Part shown: piece by piece, positions 1 to 10,492 of the stretch
Position numbering within the stretch: position 1 is the first letter of the stretch
Layout: the number at the start of each line of letters is the position of its first letter
Assembly (NCBI GenBank): GCA_965226795.1
Contig: CBDDDZ010000005.1
Coordinates: forward strand, 1,568,001 to 1,632,000
Direction: 5' to 3'
DNA from: Candidatus Latescibacterota bacterium
Lineage (GTDB): Bacteria > Latescibacterota > UBA2968 > GCA-2709665
DNA: 64,000 bases
Made by a program: the position numbers and the translations under genes
The notes under the pieces: generated by a model
What the model saw: the letters and a program-made list of their open reading frames with translations, nothing else
Databases searched by the model: none
What the model was told of the DNA's origin: nothing

Positions 1-39
1 AGGCAGATATAAGACCAGACGACAAAGCCCGACGGTCAT
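1..39 (-). CDS. DUF503/YlxP-like protein, 5' end only (runs off window)
   Basis: ATG at 39 reads MTVGLCRLVLYLP; lies directly after infB, the usual position of DUF503. Confidence 0.6.
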   Translation of the reverse strand, partial: MTVGLCRLVLYLP

Positions 40-47
40 AGGTAAAG

Positions 48-2504
48 TTAGAGCGTACGCGCGGTTTCAACGTGTTCATAGGCCTCAATCACGTCGCCCA
101 GCTTGGTATCGTTGAAATTTTCCAGGCCGATACCGCATTCAAACCCGGACTGAACCTCCCTCACGTCGTCCTTGAACCTTCGCAGGGATCCAATCCGGCC
201 CTCGTAGACCACAACATTGTCTCTCAGCACGCGCACCATGGCGCTGCGTGTCATTTTGCCGTTGTCGATGTAACAACCGGCGATGATTCCGACCCGCGGC
301 ACCTGGAACGTCTCCCGGATCTGGGCCGATCCAACGATCTGTTCATCGATATTCGGGGTGAGCAACCCGGAAAGTGCCGCCCTGATGTCTTCAACCGCTT
401 CGTATATCACCCGGTAGGAGCGGACATCGACACGCTCCTGAGCGACCACCTCACGTGCACGGACGTCCGGCCGTACGTTGAAGCCAATGATGATCGCATC
501 CGAAGCGGAAGCGAGCAGGACATCGGATTCCGACACCGCGCCTACCCCGCGGTGGATCACGTTGATCCGGACTTCGTCGCTGGGCATCTGCATCAGGGAG
601 TCGTGAAGCGCTTCTACGGAACCGTCGACGTCGCCCTTGAGAATCAGGCGCAACTCCTGAACCTGTCCGGCCTTGATTTGATTGTGAATGTCAACCAGGC
701 TCACCCTGCGTATCCGATGGGCCTCCTGCTCGCGGCGCAGCTGTTGCCTTTTCTGGCTGATTTCCCGGGCGGTGCGTTCGTTTTCGACGGAGTAAAAGGA
801 ATCCCCGGCCTGAGGCAGTCCGGACAGGCCGAGCACCTGAACCGGCACCGAGGGTCCCGCTTCGGGGACCGGTTGGCCACGCTCATCCAAAAGAGCCCTC
901 GCCCTTCCGCTGTGGAGCCCCGTGACAAAGGTATCGCCAACTTTGAGCGTCCCGTCCTGCACAAGCACGGTCGCCACGTTGCCGCGGCCGCGGTCGAGGC
1001 GCGCCTCCACAATGGCGCCCTTGGCTCGTTTATCGGGGTTGGCCTTGAGCTCAAGCAGATCCGTTTCCAGGGCCAGCAACTCCAGCAAATCGTTGATATT
1101 CTCACCGGTCTTTGCGGAGATTTCACATGATTGAACCTTGCCACCGTAATTTTCGAGAATGACGTTGTGTTCCGTCAGTTGCCGCTTGATGCGATCCACA
1201 TCCGCGCCGGGGAGGTCTATCTTGTTGATGGCGAGCACGATGGGTACGCCTGCGGCGCGGGCATGGTCGATGGCTTCCACGGTCTGCGGCATCACACTGT
1301 CGTCGGCCGCCACGACAAGGACAACGACGTCTGTAACCTGGGCGCCTCGCGCGCGCATTGCAGTAAATGCTTCGTGACCGGGCGTATCGAGGAAAGTGAC
1401 CATCCGGCCGTCGTCCAGTTTCACGTGATAGGCGCCGATGTGCTGGGTAATTCCCCCGGCCTCGCCCGCGACCACGTTGGTATTGCGGACATAATCCAGA
1501 AGCGATGTCTTTCCGTGGTCTACGTGGCCCATAATGGTCACCACTGGCGGACGCGGCTTGAGATCTTCTTCCACGTCTTCTTCTTCCTGCTCGAGCACGT
1601 CTTCCGCGAATTCCTCGAGTTCTTCAACGCCAACTCCGAACTCGTCTGCGACCAGGGTAATGGTGTCCATATCCAGCCGCTGGTTGATGGTGACCATGAG
1701 GCCCAGGGTGAGACACTGTTTGATGACATCGGTGAGCGGTATATCCATCAGTGCCGACAATTCGCCCACGGTGGTAAACTCGTTCACCTTGATGGCACGG
1801 TCTACCTCTACCTCCTCGTCGGTATCTGTGTCGTCGCTGCGACGACGTCGACGTGACCGGGGCGTGCCGGACTCCAACTGCGCCATTGTACGACGTACGC
1901 TGGCTTCGATTTCCACCTGGTCGGCGCCGGGTTTGCCGCGCCTGCGTCGGCGTCGCTTGCCTTCAACACGATCGGGGGCGGGCTTATCCGGCGGTTTCGG
2001 CGTTCCGGCTTGGCGTCCAGGACCCCCCTTTTCTATAACCTCGACCGTCTGTTCTCTTCGGGATGTGTCTCGTCTTCGCCGCCGCGTTGCCTGGTCGTCA
2101 CGAATTTCGCGAATTTCGACAGCCGCCCGGACGGGCTCGACGGGCCCGGGGGCGTCCGTTGTCTTGGATGCGGGCTTTCTGGCGCCTCGCGCTCTGGCAT
2201 TGACCGGTGCCTTACGGGCTTCCTTCTCGGTTTCCTGACGTTGCTTTTTCTGCTCGGCCTTACGCTTGATTTCCTGGCGGGAGGCGTTCCGCTCCTCCTC
2301 GAATTTTCTCTGAATGCTCTTGAACATCTCCTTCGTACACACAGCCATGTGGTTCTTGGCATCGAACCCCAGCCCTCTGACAACTTCAACCATTGCAACG
2401 CTTGAAAGATTGAACTCTCGCGCCACCTCGTAGATGCGGCGTTTTTTGTCATCGGCGTCATCGGATGCCGGCTCAACCGTCATTGCGGGCGCCTTTCTGA
2501 TCAT
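48..2504 (-). CDS. infB: Translation initiation factor IF-2
   Basis: [20 protein letters not shown] GTPase motifs; C-terminal [20 protein letters not shown]; follows nusA. Confidence 0.98.
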   Translation of the reverse strand: MIRKAPAMTVEPASDDADDKKRRIYEVAREFNLSSVAMVEVVRGLGFDAKNHMAVCTKEMFKSIQRKFEEERNASRQEIKRKAEQKKQRQETEKEARKAPVNARARGARKPASKTTDAPGPVEPVRAAVEIREIRDDQATRRRRRDTSRREQTVEVIEKGGPGRQAGTPKPPDKPAPDRVEGKRRRRRRGKPGADQVEIEASVRRTMAQLESGTPRSRRRRRSDDTDTDEEVEVDRAIKVNEFTTVGELSALMDIPLTDVIKQCLTLGLMVTINQRLDMDTITLVADEFGVGVEELEEFAEDVLEQEEEDVEEDLKPRPPVVTIMGHVDHGKTSLLDYVRNTNVVAGEAGGITQHIGAYHVKLDDGRMVTFLDTPGHEAFTAMRARGAQVTDVVVLVVAADDSVMPQTVEAIDHARAAGVPIVLAINKIDLPGADVDRIKRQLTEHNVILENYGGKVQSCEISAKTGENINDLLELLALETDLLELKANPDKRAKGAIVEARLDRGRGNVATVLVQDGTLKVGDTFVTGLHSGRARALLDERGQPVPEAGPSVPVQVLGLSGLPQAGDSFYSVENERTAREISQKRQQLRREQEAHRIRRVSLVDIHNQIKAGQVQELRLILKGDVDGSVEALHDSLMQMPSDEVRINVIHRGVGAVSESDVLLASASDAIIIGFNVRPDVRAREVVAQERVDVRSYRVIYEAVEDIRAALSGLLTPNIDEQIVGSAQIRETFQVPRVGIIAGCYIDNGKMTRSAMVRVLRDNVVVYEGRIGSLRRFKDDVREVQSGFECGIGLENFNDTKLGDVIEAYEHVETARTL

Positions 2505-2512
2505 TTTCCGAT

Positions 2513-4312
2513 TTACCTCCCGTCATGTTCCGATGGGCCGCCGACCTGATTGTCATCCGATGCCGTAGCCTCGACCGCCGCGTTTTCTTCTGAGAGATCA
2601 ACTTCCTCTTCCACCTCCGGCTCACTGCCGGCTTCTTCCTCGGCGACAGCAGCCGCAACGGCTTCTTCCTCGGCGACAGCAGCCGCAACGGCTTCTTCCT
2701 CGGCGACAGCAGCCGCAACGGCTTCTTCCTCGGTGACAGCAGCCGCAACGGCTTCTTCCTCGGTGACAGCAGCCGCAACGGCTTCTTCCTCGGTGACAGC
2801 AGCCGCAACGGCTTCTTCCTCGGCGACAGCAGCCGCAACGGCTTCTTCCTCGGCGACAGCAGCCGCAACGGCTTCTTCCTCGGCGACAGCAGCCGCAACG
2901 GCTTCTTCCTCGGCGACAGCAGCCGCAACGGCTTCTTCCTCGGCGACAGCAGCCGCAACGGCTTCTTCCTCGGCGACAGCAGCCGCAACGGCTTCTTCCT
3001 CGGCGATACGAGCCGCTTCTTCGGCGCGTTGCGTTTCCAGTTCCTCGCGGTAGGCCTGAACCTTAACGGATACGACCTTTTCCGCGGCACTCTGGATCTT
3101 TTCACCGGTGGATTCCCCTATTCCGGGCACGTCCATCAACCGGACAAGCGGGACTTCCACAAGATCATTGGCGGACAATATTCCCGCGGCATCAAGACGT
3201 TCGAGCATCACTTTACCCACCCCGGCGACTTCGGTAAGTGGAACAAACGTTGCCGCTTTCTCAACCTGCAATTCCTGGAACCGGGTCTCGGTGATAATTT
3301 CGACCTTCCAGCCGGTCAGTTGCGCGGCCAGGCGGGCGTTCTGCCCGGATTTGCCAATGGCAAGCGACAACTGGTCGTCGTCGACGATTGCCGTCATCGT
3401 TGTCTTGTTTCGATCCACCACCACGCGCTTGACCGTAGCAGGACTGAGCGCACGGGACAGGAAAATGGCGTCGTCGTCGCTCCATGGGACGATGTCGATT
3501 CGCTCGTTGCTCAACTCCCGCACAACCGCCTGGACCCGGGAACCCTTCATCCCCACGCAGGCGCCAACCGGATCGATTCGGGCATCGTTCGAATAGACCG
3601 CGATTTTCGCCCTTTCGCCCGGTTCACGGGCAACCGCCCTGATTTCGATAATGCCCTCATAGATTTCAGGGACTTCGAACTGGAAAAGCTTGACCAGAAA
3701 CTGCGGGTGGGTCCGGGACAGGACCACCTGAGGCCCCTTGGATGTGCGAAGCACGTTTACCAGATGGGCGCGGATGGGATCTCCCTGGCGGTAGCGCTCT
3801 TTCCGAATCTGCTCCTTGAGGGGTATAACTGCCTCCGTACGCCCCAGGTTAATCAGAATTTCGCCGTGGCTTATCTGCTGGACGGTGCCGCTGATGATTT
3901 CGCCAATTCGGTTCTGGTAATCCTCATAGATTTTTTCGCGTTCGGCTTCCCGAACCCGCTGGATCAGGATCTGCTTGGTGGACTGAATGGCATTCCGACC
4001 GAAATCGGCAAACCGGAGCAACTCCCTGATTTCCCCATTGACCTTGACGCCCGGTTCGATCTCGCGCGCAGCCGTGAGTCCGATCTGCATCGCAGGATCC
4101 TCAACCTCGTCGTCTTTGACGACGGATTTGGCGGCGAAAACCTCGATATTGCCGGAACTGACATCGATGTTTACCTCGACGTTGTCCGACGTGCCGAACC
4201 GCCTTTTGGTTGCGGAGAGCAGCCCGATTTCCAGGGTTTCAATGACCATCGCCTTGTCGACGTTCTTTTCCTGAGCAATCTGGCCCAGCGCCTCCAGGAC
4301 TTCGTAGTTCAA
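2513..4312 (-). CDS. nusA: Transcription termination/antitermination factor NusA with long acidic Ala-rich C-terminal tail
   Basis: AREPGERAKIAV, DPVGACVGMKGSRVQAV, LSLAIGKSGQNARLA motifs; between rimP and infB. Confidence 0.97.
   Translation of the reverse strand: MNYEVLEALGQIAQEKNVDKAMVIETLEIGLLSATKRRFGTSDNVEVNIDVSSGNIEVFAAKSVVKDDEVEDPAMQIGLTAAREIEPGVKVNGEIRELLRFADFGRNAIQSTKQILIQRVREAEREKIYEDYQNRIGEIISGTVQQISHGEILINLGRTEAVIPLKEQIRKERYRQGDPIRAHLVNVLRTSKGPQVVLSRTHPQFLVKLFQFEVPEIYEGIIEIRAVAREPGERAKIAVYSNDARIDPVGACVGMKGSRVQAVVRELSNERIDIVPWSDDDAIFLSRALSPATVKRVVVDRNKTTMTAIVDDDQLSLAIGKSGQNARLAAQLTGWKVEIITETRFQELQVEKAATFVPLTEVAGVGKVMLERLDAAGILSANDLVEVPLVRLMDVPGIGESTGEKIQSAAEKVVSVKVQAYREELETQRAEEAARIAEEEAVAAAVAEEEAVAAAVAEEEAVAAAVAEEEAVAAAVAEEEAVAAAVAEEEAVAAAVAEEEAVAAAVTEEEAVAAAVTEEEAVAAAVTEEEAVAAAVAEEEAVAAAVAEEEAVAAAVAEEEAGSEPEVEEEVDLSEENAAVEATASDDNQVGGPSEHDGR
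2630..3006. repeat. Tandem repeat: 12 full 30-bp units (cgg[c/t]gacagcagccgcaacggcttcttcct) inside nusA
   Basis: 2641-3000 is exactly 12 units, 3 with a C>T variant (2731, 2761, 2791); encodes EEEAVAAAV(A/T). Confidence 0.97.
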
Positions 4313-4324
4313 AAGGACATCTCC

Positions 4325-4774
4325 TCAAAATTCGAAATGGAGGTTGGCTTTTCTGACTTCGGCGGCGGGAACACCCCTGGGTTCGCCACCGACCGCCAAC
4401 ATAAGCTCCGACCTGTCGTATCGCGTCAACTGGCCAATCAGTACCCGCCCGCCTTCAAGTACAACCTTAACGGTCTGACCGACGGCCCGTTCGTAGTCGC
4501 GATCGGACTTGAGGAGCCTGTCCAGCCCGGGCGAGGAAACCTCAAGGATGTAGCGGCCGCTTATTGGGTCGTGGGTATCCAGGACATCCGCGATCCCGCG
4601 GCTGAGGCGCGCGCAGTCATCCACGGTAATACCGTTGGTAGATTCCACGTCGACGCGCAACGTTCTGCGCCTGGGACTACCGGTGAATTGCAGGTCGACA
4701 AGGTCCGCGCCCTGGAACTCCAGATAGCACGTGATCAACTTTTCGATGGATTCCTGCAGCGCCGGATCGTTCAT
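4325..4774 (-). CDS. rimP: Ribosome maturation factor RimP
   Basis: GITVDDCARLSR and YILEVSSPGLDRLL motifs; upstream of nusA. Confidence 0.95.
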   Translation of the reverse strand: MNDPALQESIEKLITCYLEFQGADLVDLQFTGSPRRRTLRVDVESTNGITVDDCARLSRGIADVLDTHDPISGRYILEVSSPGLDRLLKSDRDYERAVGQTVKVVLEGGRVLIGQLTRYDRSELMLAVGGEPRGVPAAEVRKANLHFEF

Positions 4775-4904
4775 AAACCGGGAACACGAATGGAGGTCCA
4801 GATATTCAAAAGAGCGGGCACCCGCCCACTCTCGCTGTTTAGAAGACTAAATATATGGTATTTCACGCTATAGCGCAAGCGTTAATTTCCAGCCTGACAC
4901 CCGC

Positions 4905-5267
4905 TTATCCACCTCCGTCGACCAGGATCTTGAGTTCCCTGAGCATCTCACGCATCTCCGTGACAACCGAATCCGGTCCAGGCTGTTGATTCGGCACGAC
5001 CGTCTCCTTTTCGATGGACAGGTCTCTCCATAGGGAGGGTTCTTCCCTAAGCCGGTCCCGGGCACCCTGAAGCGTGTACTTTTCGTCCTGCCTCAGCCGC
5101 TTGATGGCCAGTACGATTCTGAGATCCCGCTCCCTGTAAAGGCGGCTGCCGGACCGGCCTCGCCGGGGCCGGAGCATGGAAAATTCCTTTTCCCAATAGC
5201 GCAATACCTGGGGTTCAATGCCGGTTTTTTCAGCAACTTCACGGATGGAAAAGTAGATCTTGTTCAT
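4905..5267 (-). CDS. MerR-family HTH transcriptional regulator
   Basis: YFSIREVAEKTGIEPQVLRYWEKEF...RLY..RDL MerR HTH signature. Confidence 0.9.
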   Translation of the reverse strand: MNKIYFSIREVAEKTGIEPQVLRYWEKEFSMLRPRRGRSGSRLYRERDLRIVLAIKRLRQDEKYTLQGARDRLREEPSLWRDLSIEKETVVPNQQPGPDSVVTEMREMLRELKILVDGGG

Positions 5268-5273
5268 TCGAAT

Positions 5274-6593
5274 TCATCGCTTTTTCTTGAATACGATGCG
5301 TACAGGTGTTCCTTTCAGATCGAAGCGCTCCCGTATGCGGCGTTCAAGATAACGCCGGTAATGTTCCGGCACGTCGAGCGGTCTGGTCGTAAAAAAAATC
5401 ACCGTGGGCGGCTCGGCCAAGGGTTGAACGCAATAGTACATCTTTGACGCCCTCCCCCGCTTGGTGGGCGGCGGGTGGGCGGCATTGATTTCCTCGAGAA
5501 GGCGGTTCAAGGGGGAGGTGGCAATGCGCAGGCGTCGTTTGTCATAAACCTCCAGCGCCGTGTCCAACACTTTCCATGCCCGTTGACCGAATAGCGCCGA
5601 GGAAAAAAGGATGGGAAAATCCCTTAGAGAGGGAAATCGACCGGTAATATCCCGCGTTTGGACAATTGCCGTCTTGTCGTCTTTCTCGATCAGATCCCAT
5701 TTGTTCATTGCCAGCAGCGCGCCCTTGCCCAACTCGGCCGCGTTGCCGAGAATCTTGACATCCTGAAGTGTGATCCCTTCATTGGCGTCGGCAATCACAA
5801 TGGCGACGTCGCATCGCTCCAGACTTGACCTGGTGCGGACGGTGCTGTAATATTCGACCTGCTCTCTCACTCTCGTGCGCCTGCGAAGTCCCGCGGTATC
5901 GATCAGCAGGAAACCGCGGTCGTTTCGCTTCATCGGCAGATCGATCGCATCGCGCGTAGTGCCGGGAATCGGGCTGACCACCATCCGGTCCTCACCCGCC
6001 AACCGATTGAAGAAAGTGGACTTTCCGACATTGGGCCTGCCTACCACCGCAATGCGCGGCATGCCGGCCTCTTCTTCAGGGTCCGGATCGGTTTCCGGTA
6101 TATGTGCGATAACCTCATCCAGAAGATCTCCCGCCATCCGCCCGCTCAGCGCCGAAACGGGAACGGGATCGCCAAGGGCCAGACCGTAGAAGCCGGCCAC
6201 GTCCGGCACGTCGCGCTCCGAATCCACTTTGTTGACAACCGGAAGGCACGCTGTACCGTTCATGCGTACCAGACGGGCAATGGCCGCATCATCGTCGGTC
6301 GGCCCGGTCTTGGCATCCATGACCAGAAGGATCAAATCCGCTTCGGTCACGGCCACCTCCACCTGATCCACGACGGATTGCGCAATACCCGCCCCCGGAT
6401 TGCGCATATAGCCGCCCGTGTCCACCAGCGTAAAAACTCGCCGGTTCCAGGCAACCTCCGCATAGTTCCGATCCCGGGTCACGCCCGGCACATCGTCTAC
6501 AACGGCCCGGCGATGCCCCAGGAACCGATTGAAAAGCGTGGACTTCCCCACGTTGGGTCGCCCGACTATAGCTACGACTCGTCGCCTCGGCAA
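5274..6593 (-). CDS. der: Ribosome biogenesis GTPase Der (EngA)
   Basis: Two GRPNVGKST P-loops, DTGG/DTAG, NKVD/NKWD, C-terminal KH-like domain. Confidence 0.97.
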   Translation of the reverse strand: MPRRRVVAIVGRPNVGKSTLFNRFLGHRRAVVDDVPGVTRDRNYAEVAWNRRVFTLVDTGGYMRNPGAGIAQSVVDQVEVAVTEADLILLVMDAKTGPTDDDAAIARLVRMNGTACLPVVNKVDSERDVPDVAGFYGLALGDPVPVSALSGRMAGDLLDEVIAHIPETDPDPEEEAGMPRIAVVGRPNVGKSTFFNRLAGEDRMVVSPIPGTTRDAIDLPMKRNDRGFLLIDTAGLRRRTRVREQVEYYSTVRTRSSLERCDVAIVIADANEGITLQDVKILGNAAELGKGALLAMNKWDLIEKDDKTAIVQTRDITGRFPSLRDFPILFSSALFGQRAWKVLDTALEVYDKRRLRIATSPLNRLLEEINAAHPPPTKRGRASKMYYCVQPLAEPPTVIFFTTRPLDVPEHYRRYLERRIRERFDLKGTPVRIVFKKKR

Positions 6594-6618
6594 GAAATGG
6601 GCTCCCGTGTATACCGCG

Positions 6619-8034
6619 TCAGGCCACCTGATGCGGCAGAATATACGGATGCGGCATGCTCATCTGATCGTCGTCAACGCCCGCCCGGGCATCGCCGCGG
6701 GCGACGCGCATCGCCGTATCCACAAGATCGTATGTACCAACGCAGACCTGGCAATTCAAGGCATTTTCCAGATCCGCCGGGGTCAGATCGTCCAGAAAAA
6801 GGCCGTGATGGCTCACGCAGTTGGGTGGCAGGATGACCATATCGGTCTCCCGCCACTGCCGCTTCAGCGCGTCCATCATATCCTTTCCGGTAAGCAGTCC
6901 CGAGACCGTGATACCCTCCCCCAGGAAACGGTTCCTTACCTCTACTACATGCACTGTCAACCAGGGGATTCGGTTCAAACGCTCCGCCATTGGCCGGATA
7001 AACTCCGCACCCAACACGCTCGTGACGAGCGTCATCGAGAACCGCCCGCAATTCTCCGATTCCAGTGCCGAGACACCGGCCTCGAAACGATCGACGAACC
7101 GGCGCACCATTCCTACACCGTTCTCCACAAGGGGAAAGCCATCGTAGTGAGGGGCATCGGGGATTTTTCGGCCTGCCATGAGATAGAATTCGTCACCAAG
7201 ATAGACGAAGTTGACGCCAAACCGCCTGTGAAGGCGACGCTGCCATGCCGCAGCCAGGTCCAGGCACTCGACGGCAACCTCCGGCGTAACCGGGTCCAGG
7301 CGGGGCAGATTCTGGCGGAATCGGGTCAACCCCAGGGGCACGATGCCCACCGATTCCACGGCTGGGTACCACTGTGCCAGATCGAACACCGTGCGTTTGA
7401 GGTGGTGCCGGTCGTTAAGTCCCGGACATAGAACGACTTGCGCATGCATTTGAATGTTGTGGCTCGCCAGAAAACCAATGCGTTCCATCACGTCCACCGG
7501 CTCCGCCCTTCCCAATAACGTGGCCCGGAGTTCCGGATCGGTTGCATGGACGGAAATGTACATGGGGCTAAGGCGCTGTTCAACAATCCTCAGAAATTCC
7601 GCTTCCGAAAGGTTCGTGAGTGTGACGTACGCACCATGGAGAAATGAGAGACGATAATCGTCGTCCTGGTAGTAGAGGGTTTTTCGCATCTTCCTGGGCA
7701 TCTGGTGGAGAAAACAGAATACGCATTTGTTGTTGCACTTGATGATGGGCATGTCCGCCAATGTCACGCCAAGGTCGTCGTCCGTTTCTTTTTCGATGTC
7801 CACGACAATGACGTCGTCTCCCCGCCGTAAAACGACCTTCACCGTCTCTTCGGCGACGTGGAAACGATAGTCGATCGGATCCCGTACCGGTTCCCCATTG
7901 ATGGATTCTATGATATCTCCCGGCTGGATTCCAACGGCCTGCCCGATACCTCCGTCGGCCACGTTCTCCACACCAAGCCCCACGACCGCTTCGTCGACCT
8001 GAGGGAGCCCCTCTACTTGACCTGATTTCTTCAT
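6619..8034 (-). CDS. PDZ + radical-SAM-like Fe-S oxidoreductase (DUF512 family)
   Basis: N-terminal PDZ-like GIQPGDII, CNNKCVFCF (CxxxCxxC), QDDDYRLSFLHGAYVTLTN, ENGVG; this family commonly neighbours der. Confidence 0.9.
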   Translation of the reverse strand: MKKSGQVEGLPQVDEAVVGLGVENVADGGIGQAVGIQPGDIIESINGEPVRDPIDYRFHVAEETVKVVLRRGDDVIVVDIEKETDDDLGVTLADMPIIKCNNKCVFCFLHQMPRKMRKTLYYQDDDYRLSFLHGAYVTLTNLSEAEFLRIVEQRLSPMYISVHATDPELRATLLGRAEPVDVMERIGFLASHNIQMHAQVVLCPGLNDRHHLKRTVFDLAQWYPAVESVGIVPLGLTRFRQNLPRLDPVTPEVAVECLDLAAAWQRRLHRRFGVNFVYLGDEFYLMAGRKIPDAPHYDGFPLVENGVGMVRRFVDRFEAGVSALESENCGRFSMTLVTSVLGAEFIRPMAERLNRIPWLTVHVVEVRNRFLGEGITVSGLLTGKDMMDALKRQWRETDMVILPPNCVSHHGLFLDDLTPADLENALNCQVCVGTYDLVDTAMRVARGDARAGVDDDQMSMPHPYILPHQVA

Positions 8035-8232
8035 ATGAATTTATATGTACCTGTTAGAGAATAAAGTGCAGAAAAACCTTATACCATCACTTTGAAGTTA
8101 TAACAAATCGGGAAAAGGTCAAGAAAAATGTGGCGATGGGTACGCGTTTCGCGGTGGATCCCGTCAACAACCCCGGGCATTCGCCGGCATTCTGAGACTC
8201 ATATAACGCTTGTACAGGACCGATCCTTCCCC

Positions 8233-8773
8233 TCAAACTTCCGGCGCGGACATTAGTCGGGGACTGGCGCTGGCAACCTCGTTCAATATTGACGGATCCA
8301 GGTCGATAACGCGATGCAGGGTCTGTGCGTGAACAAGCTGCCGGACCGTCAGTCCCTCCGCTCCGGTGAACGTGGTACTGCAGAGGTTCGTGTTGCGAAA
8401 AACGGCGTTTTCCAGGTCCGTTTCCTTGAGGGAGCCTTCACTCAGATCGCAATCGGTGAAATCCGCGCCGGCAAGTACCGCCCCGTAGAGATTCACACAG
8501 TTCAAATTGGCCTGGAGGAAGGTGGCATTCCGGAGATGGCATCGCTCAGGTCCGTATGGTCCAGCACGTATGGTTGAAATTCGCACCGGTGAGCGTGGCC
8601 GAACTGAGATTGTCGTAACTCAGGTCCATTCCGCTGAAGTCCACGCCACTGAGGTCTTCGTAACTGAAATCGGCGCCCGACAGATCGGGCGCGAGGCCGC
8701 GATTCTCCGCCCGCCATCGATTCCAGGCCTGAACGCTTTCCCTGATGATGTTCAAATGGGTCTGATTGGCCAT
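8233..8773 (-). pseudogene. Pentapeptide-repeat protein broken by two frameshifts
   Basis: MANQTHL...WNRWR..DLSGADFS start at 8773; pentapeptide repeats continue over three frames, shifting near 8567 and 8538. Confidence 0.8.
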
Positions 8774-8816
8774 TCTGTCGACTGTCAGAGGCAACGCGAT
8801 CGTTTTTGCATGGCGT

Positions 8817-9716
8817 TTACGTTGTGAGCGTGTTGACGAAATAGCCCAGAAAGCGCTCCGAATCCACGTCCACGCACACCTCTGCGTTGGCCTCGCATCC
8901 ATCGGACCGGATCGGAACCGTTGCGCCGTTGAGCCGGTCGGAACGTGTTTCAACGTGGATGGCGCCGGGTCGGGTATCGCAGAATGTGGGGTCAAAAGCC
9001 ATCGCTACGGCAAGCGGATCGTGGAGTACGGGATGCGTTCTTCCGGAGTCCTTGCTCCACAGTTGGATGAGTTCGAAGCACAGCCGGTTGATGGGCCGGT
9101 CCACCGATCCGATCGCCTGTACCTGCGCGGCGTTCATGCGGCATTTTTCGGTTACGTCGAGGCCCACCATGGTGATCGGAGCCCCGGCGCCGAAAACCAC
9201 GTGCGCCGCTTCGGGATCGCACCGGATGTTCCACTCGGCCCTCATTTGCCCAACACATCCGCCCATAAGACAAATCCTGGTCTTCTGTGCGAGACCAGGC
9301 TCAAGCGTGAACGCGGCGGCGATATTCGTCAACGGGCCTATCGGCACAAGCGTGACATCGCCAGCGCCGCTCATTACCGTATCGATGATGAAATCGACGG
9401 CGCGACCGGCGGTAGGCCTGGTCGGTCCCGGGTATCGCTGAATCGCCTCCATCTGCCGCGGTCGGTGCGATTCTATGGCTGCCCGGCCCTTCGATGCGGG
9501 ATCAAACAGCGGCTTCCCGAGACCCGCAAATACAGGAACGTCGCTCTTACCAAGCGCGTCCAAGACGCAACACGCCAACTCGGCGCGCCGCGCCGTATCG
9601 CGGAACACCGTAGTCACACCCAGCAACTCGATCTCCCCGCAAAGCAGCGCGAAAGTCAACGCGAGCGCGTCGTCGACGTCGTCTCCAATATCCGTATCGA
9701 GGATGATCTTTTTCAT
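8817..9716 (-). CDS. Inosine/uridine-preferring nucleoside hydrolase
   Basis: IILDTDIGDDVDDALAL, IGPLTNIA, AEWNIRCDPEAA, LHDPLA; ATG at 9716. Confidence 0.93.
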   Translation of the reverse strand: MKKIILDTDIGDDVDDALALTFALLCGEIELLGVTTVFRDTARRAELACCVLDALGKSDVPVFAGLGKPLFDPASKGRAAIESHRPRQMEAIQRYPGPTRPTAGRAVDFIIDTVMSGAGDVTLVPIGPLTNIAAAFTLEPGLAQKTRICLMGGCVGQMRAEWNIRCDPEAAHVVFGAGAPITMVGLDVTEKCRMNAAQVQAIGSVDRPINRLCFELIQLWSKDSGRTHPVLHDPLAVAMAFDPTFCDTRPGAIHVETRSDRLNGATVPIRSDGCEANAEVCVDVDSERFLGYFVNTLTT

Positions 9717-9886
9717 TTGTATCCTTTCCAGCGTTTCCATATCCGTCGCGCAGGGAACCCGACCGGTGCTCCCTATCGGCATTTTTTCGGGGAGCTTGTC
9801 AAAAAAACAGCGGTCAGCCATCAGCGTGCAGCGGTCAGCTTTAAAAGCGGCCATTTCAATCTATGAATTTCCACTTCCATTCAAAA

Positions 9887-9913
9887 TGTGGACGCTGAGC
9901 TTGTCGAAGCGCC
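9887..9913. repeat. REP-like 27-bp element tgtggacgctgagcttgtcgaagcgcc (copy 1)
   Basis: Identical copy at 10396-10422; related cores near 40594 and 62757 in opposite orientation. Confidence 0.8.
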
Positions 9914-10211
9914 AGCGTTTCGGGACCCGTGAGATGGAATCTCCCCCACCCTTTAACGTCCCCTATTCCCTTGCCCTTTTTCTTGCATCGCCCAAGAAAA
10001 AGGGCGAAAAAGAAGGGCGCCGCTCAGACGCCGCGGGGCTGCTTTTCCGCGAATCGCCTCAGTGGTGAAAGCGGCTTCAGGTGGCCTACAGAGATCGCAG
10101 GTTTCACCGAGTCGTGATGCTAAACGGATAAGCGCGGAAAAGCCCCCTTCACCTGGACCGGACGCGTTAGAGGCGAGGCGCTTTGCTGGGCGTGGAAAAC
10201 CCCCATGTGCC

Positions 10212-10335
10212 CTGGTGGTCCTGGACCGGAAATATATCACCACTCTTCCGCCTGTCTGCGTGCGTGAGACAGCACGCACAGGCAGGCCGATTCATCCCGC
10301 CTCGAGGCGTAGTGTTCGGTGCCTGCGCTGCTTGC
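10212..10335 (-). mobile_element. Partial inverted copy of the ~170-bp MITE, interrupted by a 36-bp palindromic insertion (10251-10286)
   Basis: Reverse complement aligns with the right part of the copies at 40498-40677 and 62669-62841 once 10251-10286 is removed. Confidence 0.7.
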
Positions 10336-10395
10336 ATTGCGTGTGCTGCGTCTGTCGAAGCAAACTTGTCGAAATATTCCCTTGGCAAGCCAAAC

Positions 10396-10422
10396 TGTGG
10401 ACGCTGAGCTTGTCGAAGCGCC
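10396..10422. repeat. REP-like 27-bp element (copy 2)
   Basis: Identical to 9887-9913. Confidence 0.8.
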
Positions 10423-10492
10423 CACGGTTCGCTACCGTTCGTTCTTCAGTGCCCTTCGCCATCGCACCAGTAACCATTTCAGGTCCTGACAG

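Noticed and set aside
2630..3006. 30-bp repeat array as CRISPR
   Set aside because: No spacers, in frame within nusA, no cas genes in the window
3029..4873. 614-aa plus-strand ORF and similar long antisense ORFs (72-1130, 8766-9866, 36217-37446, 60523-62637)
   Set aside because: Shadow ORFs opposite well-supported genes in GC-rich DNA, with no recognisable motifs
9929..10477. Several 60-240 aa ORFs in the repeat-rich intergenic region
   Set aside because: Composed of MITE/REP sequence; low-complexity translations
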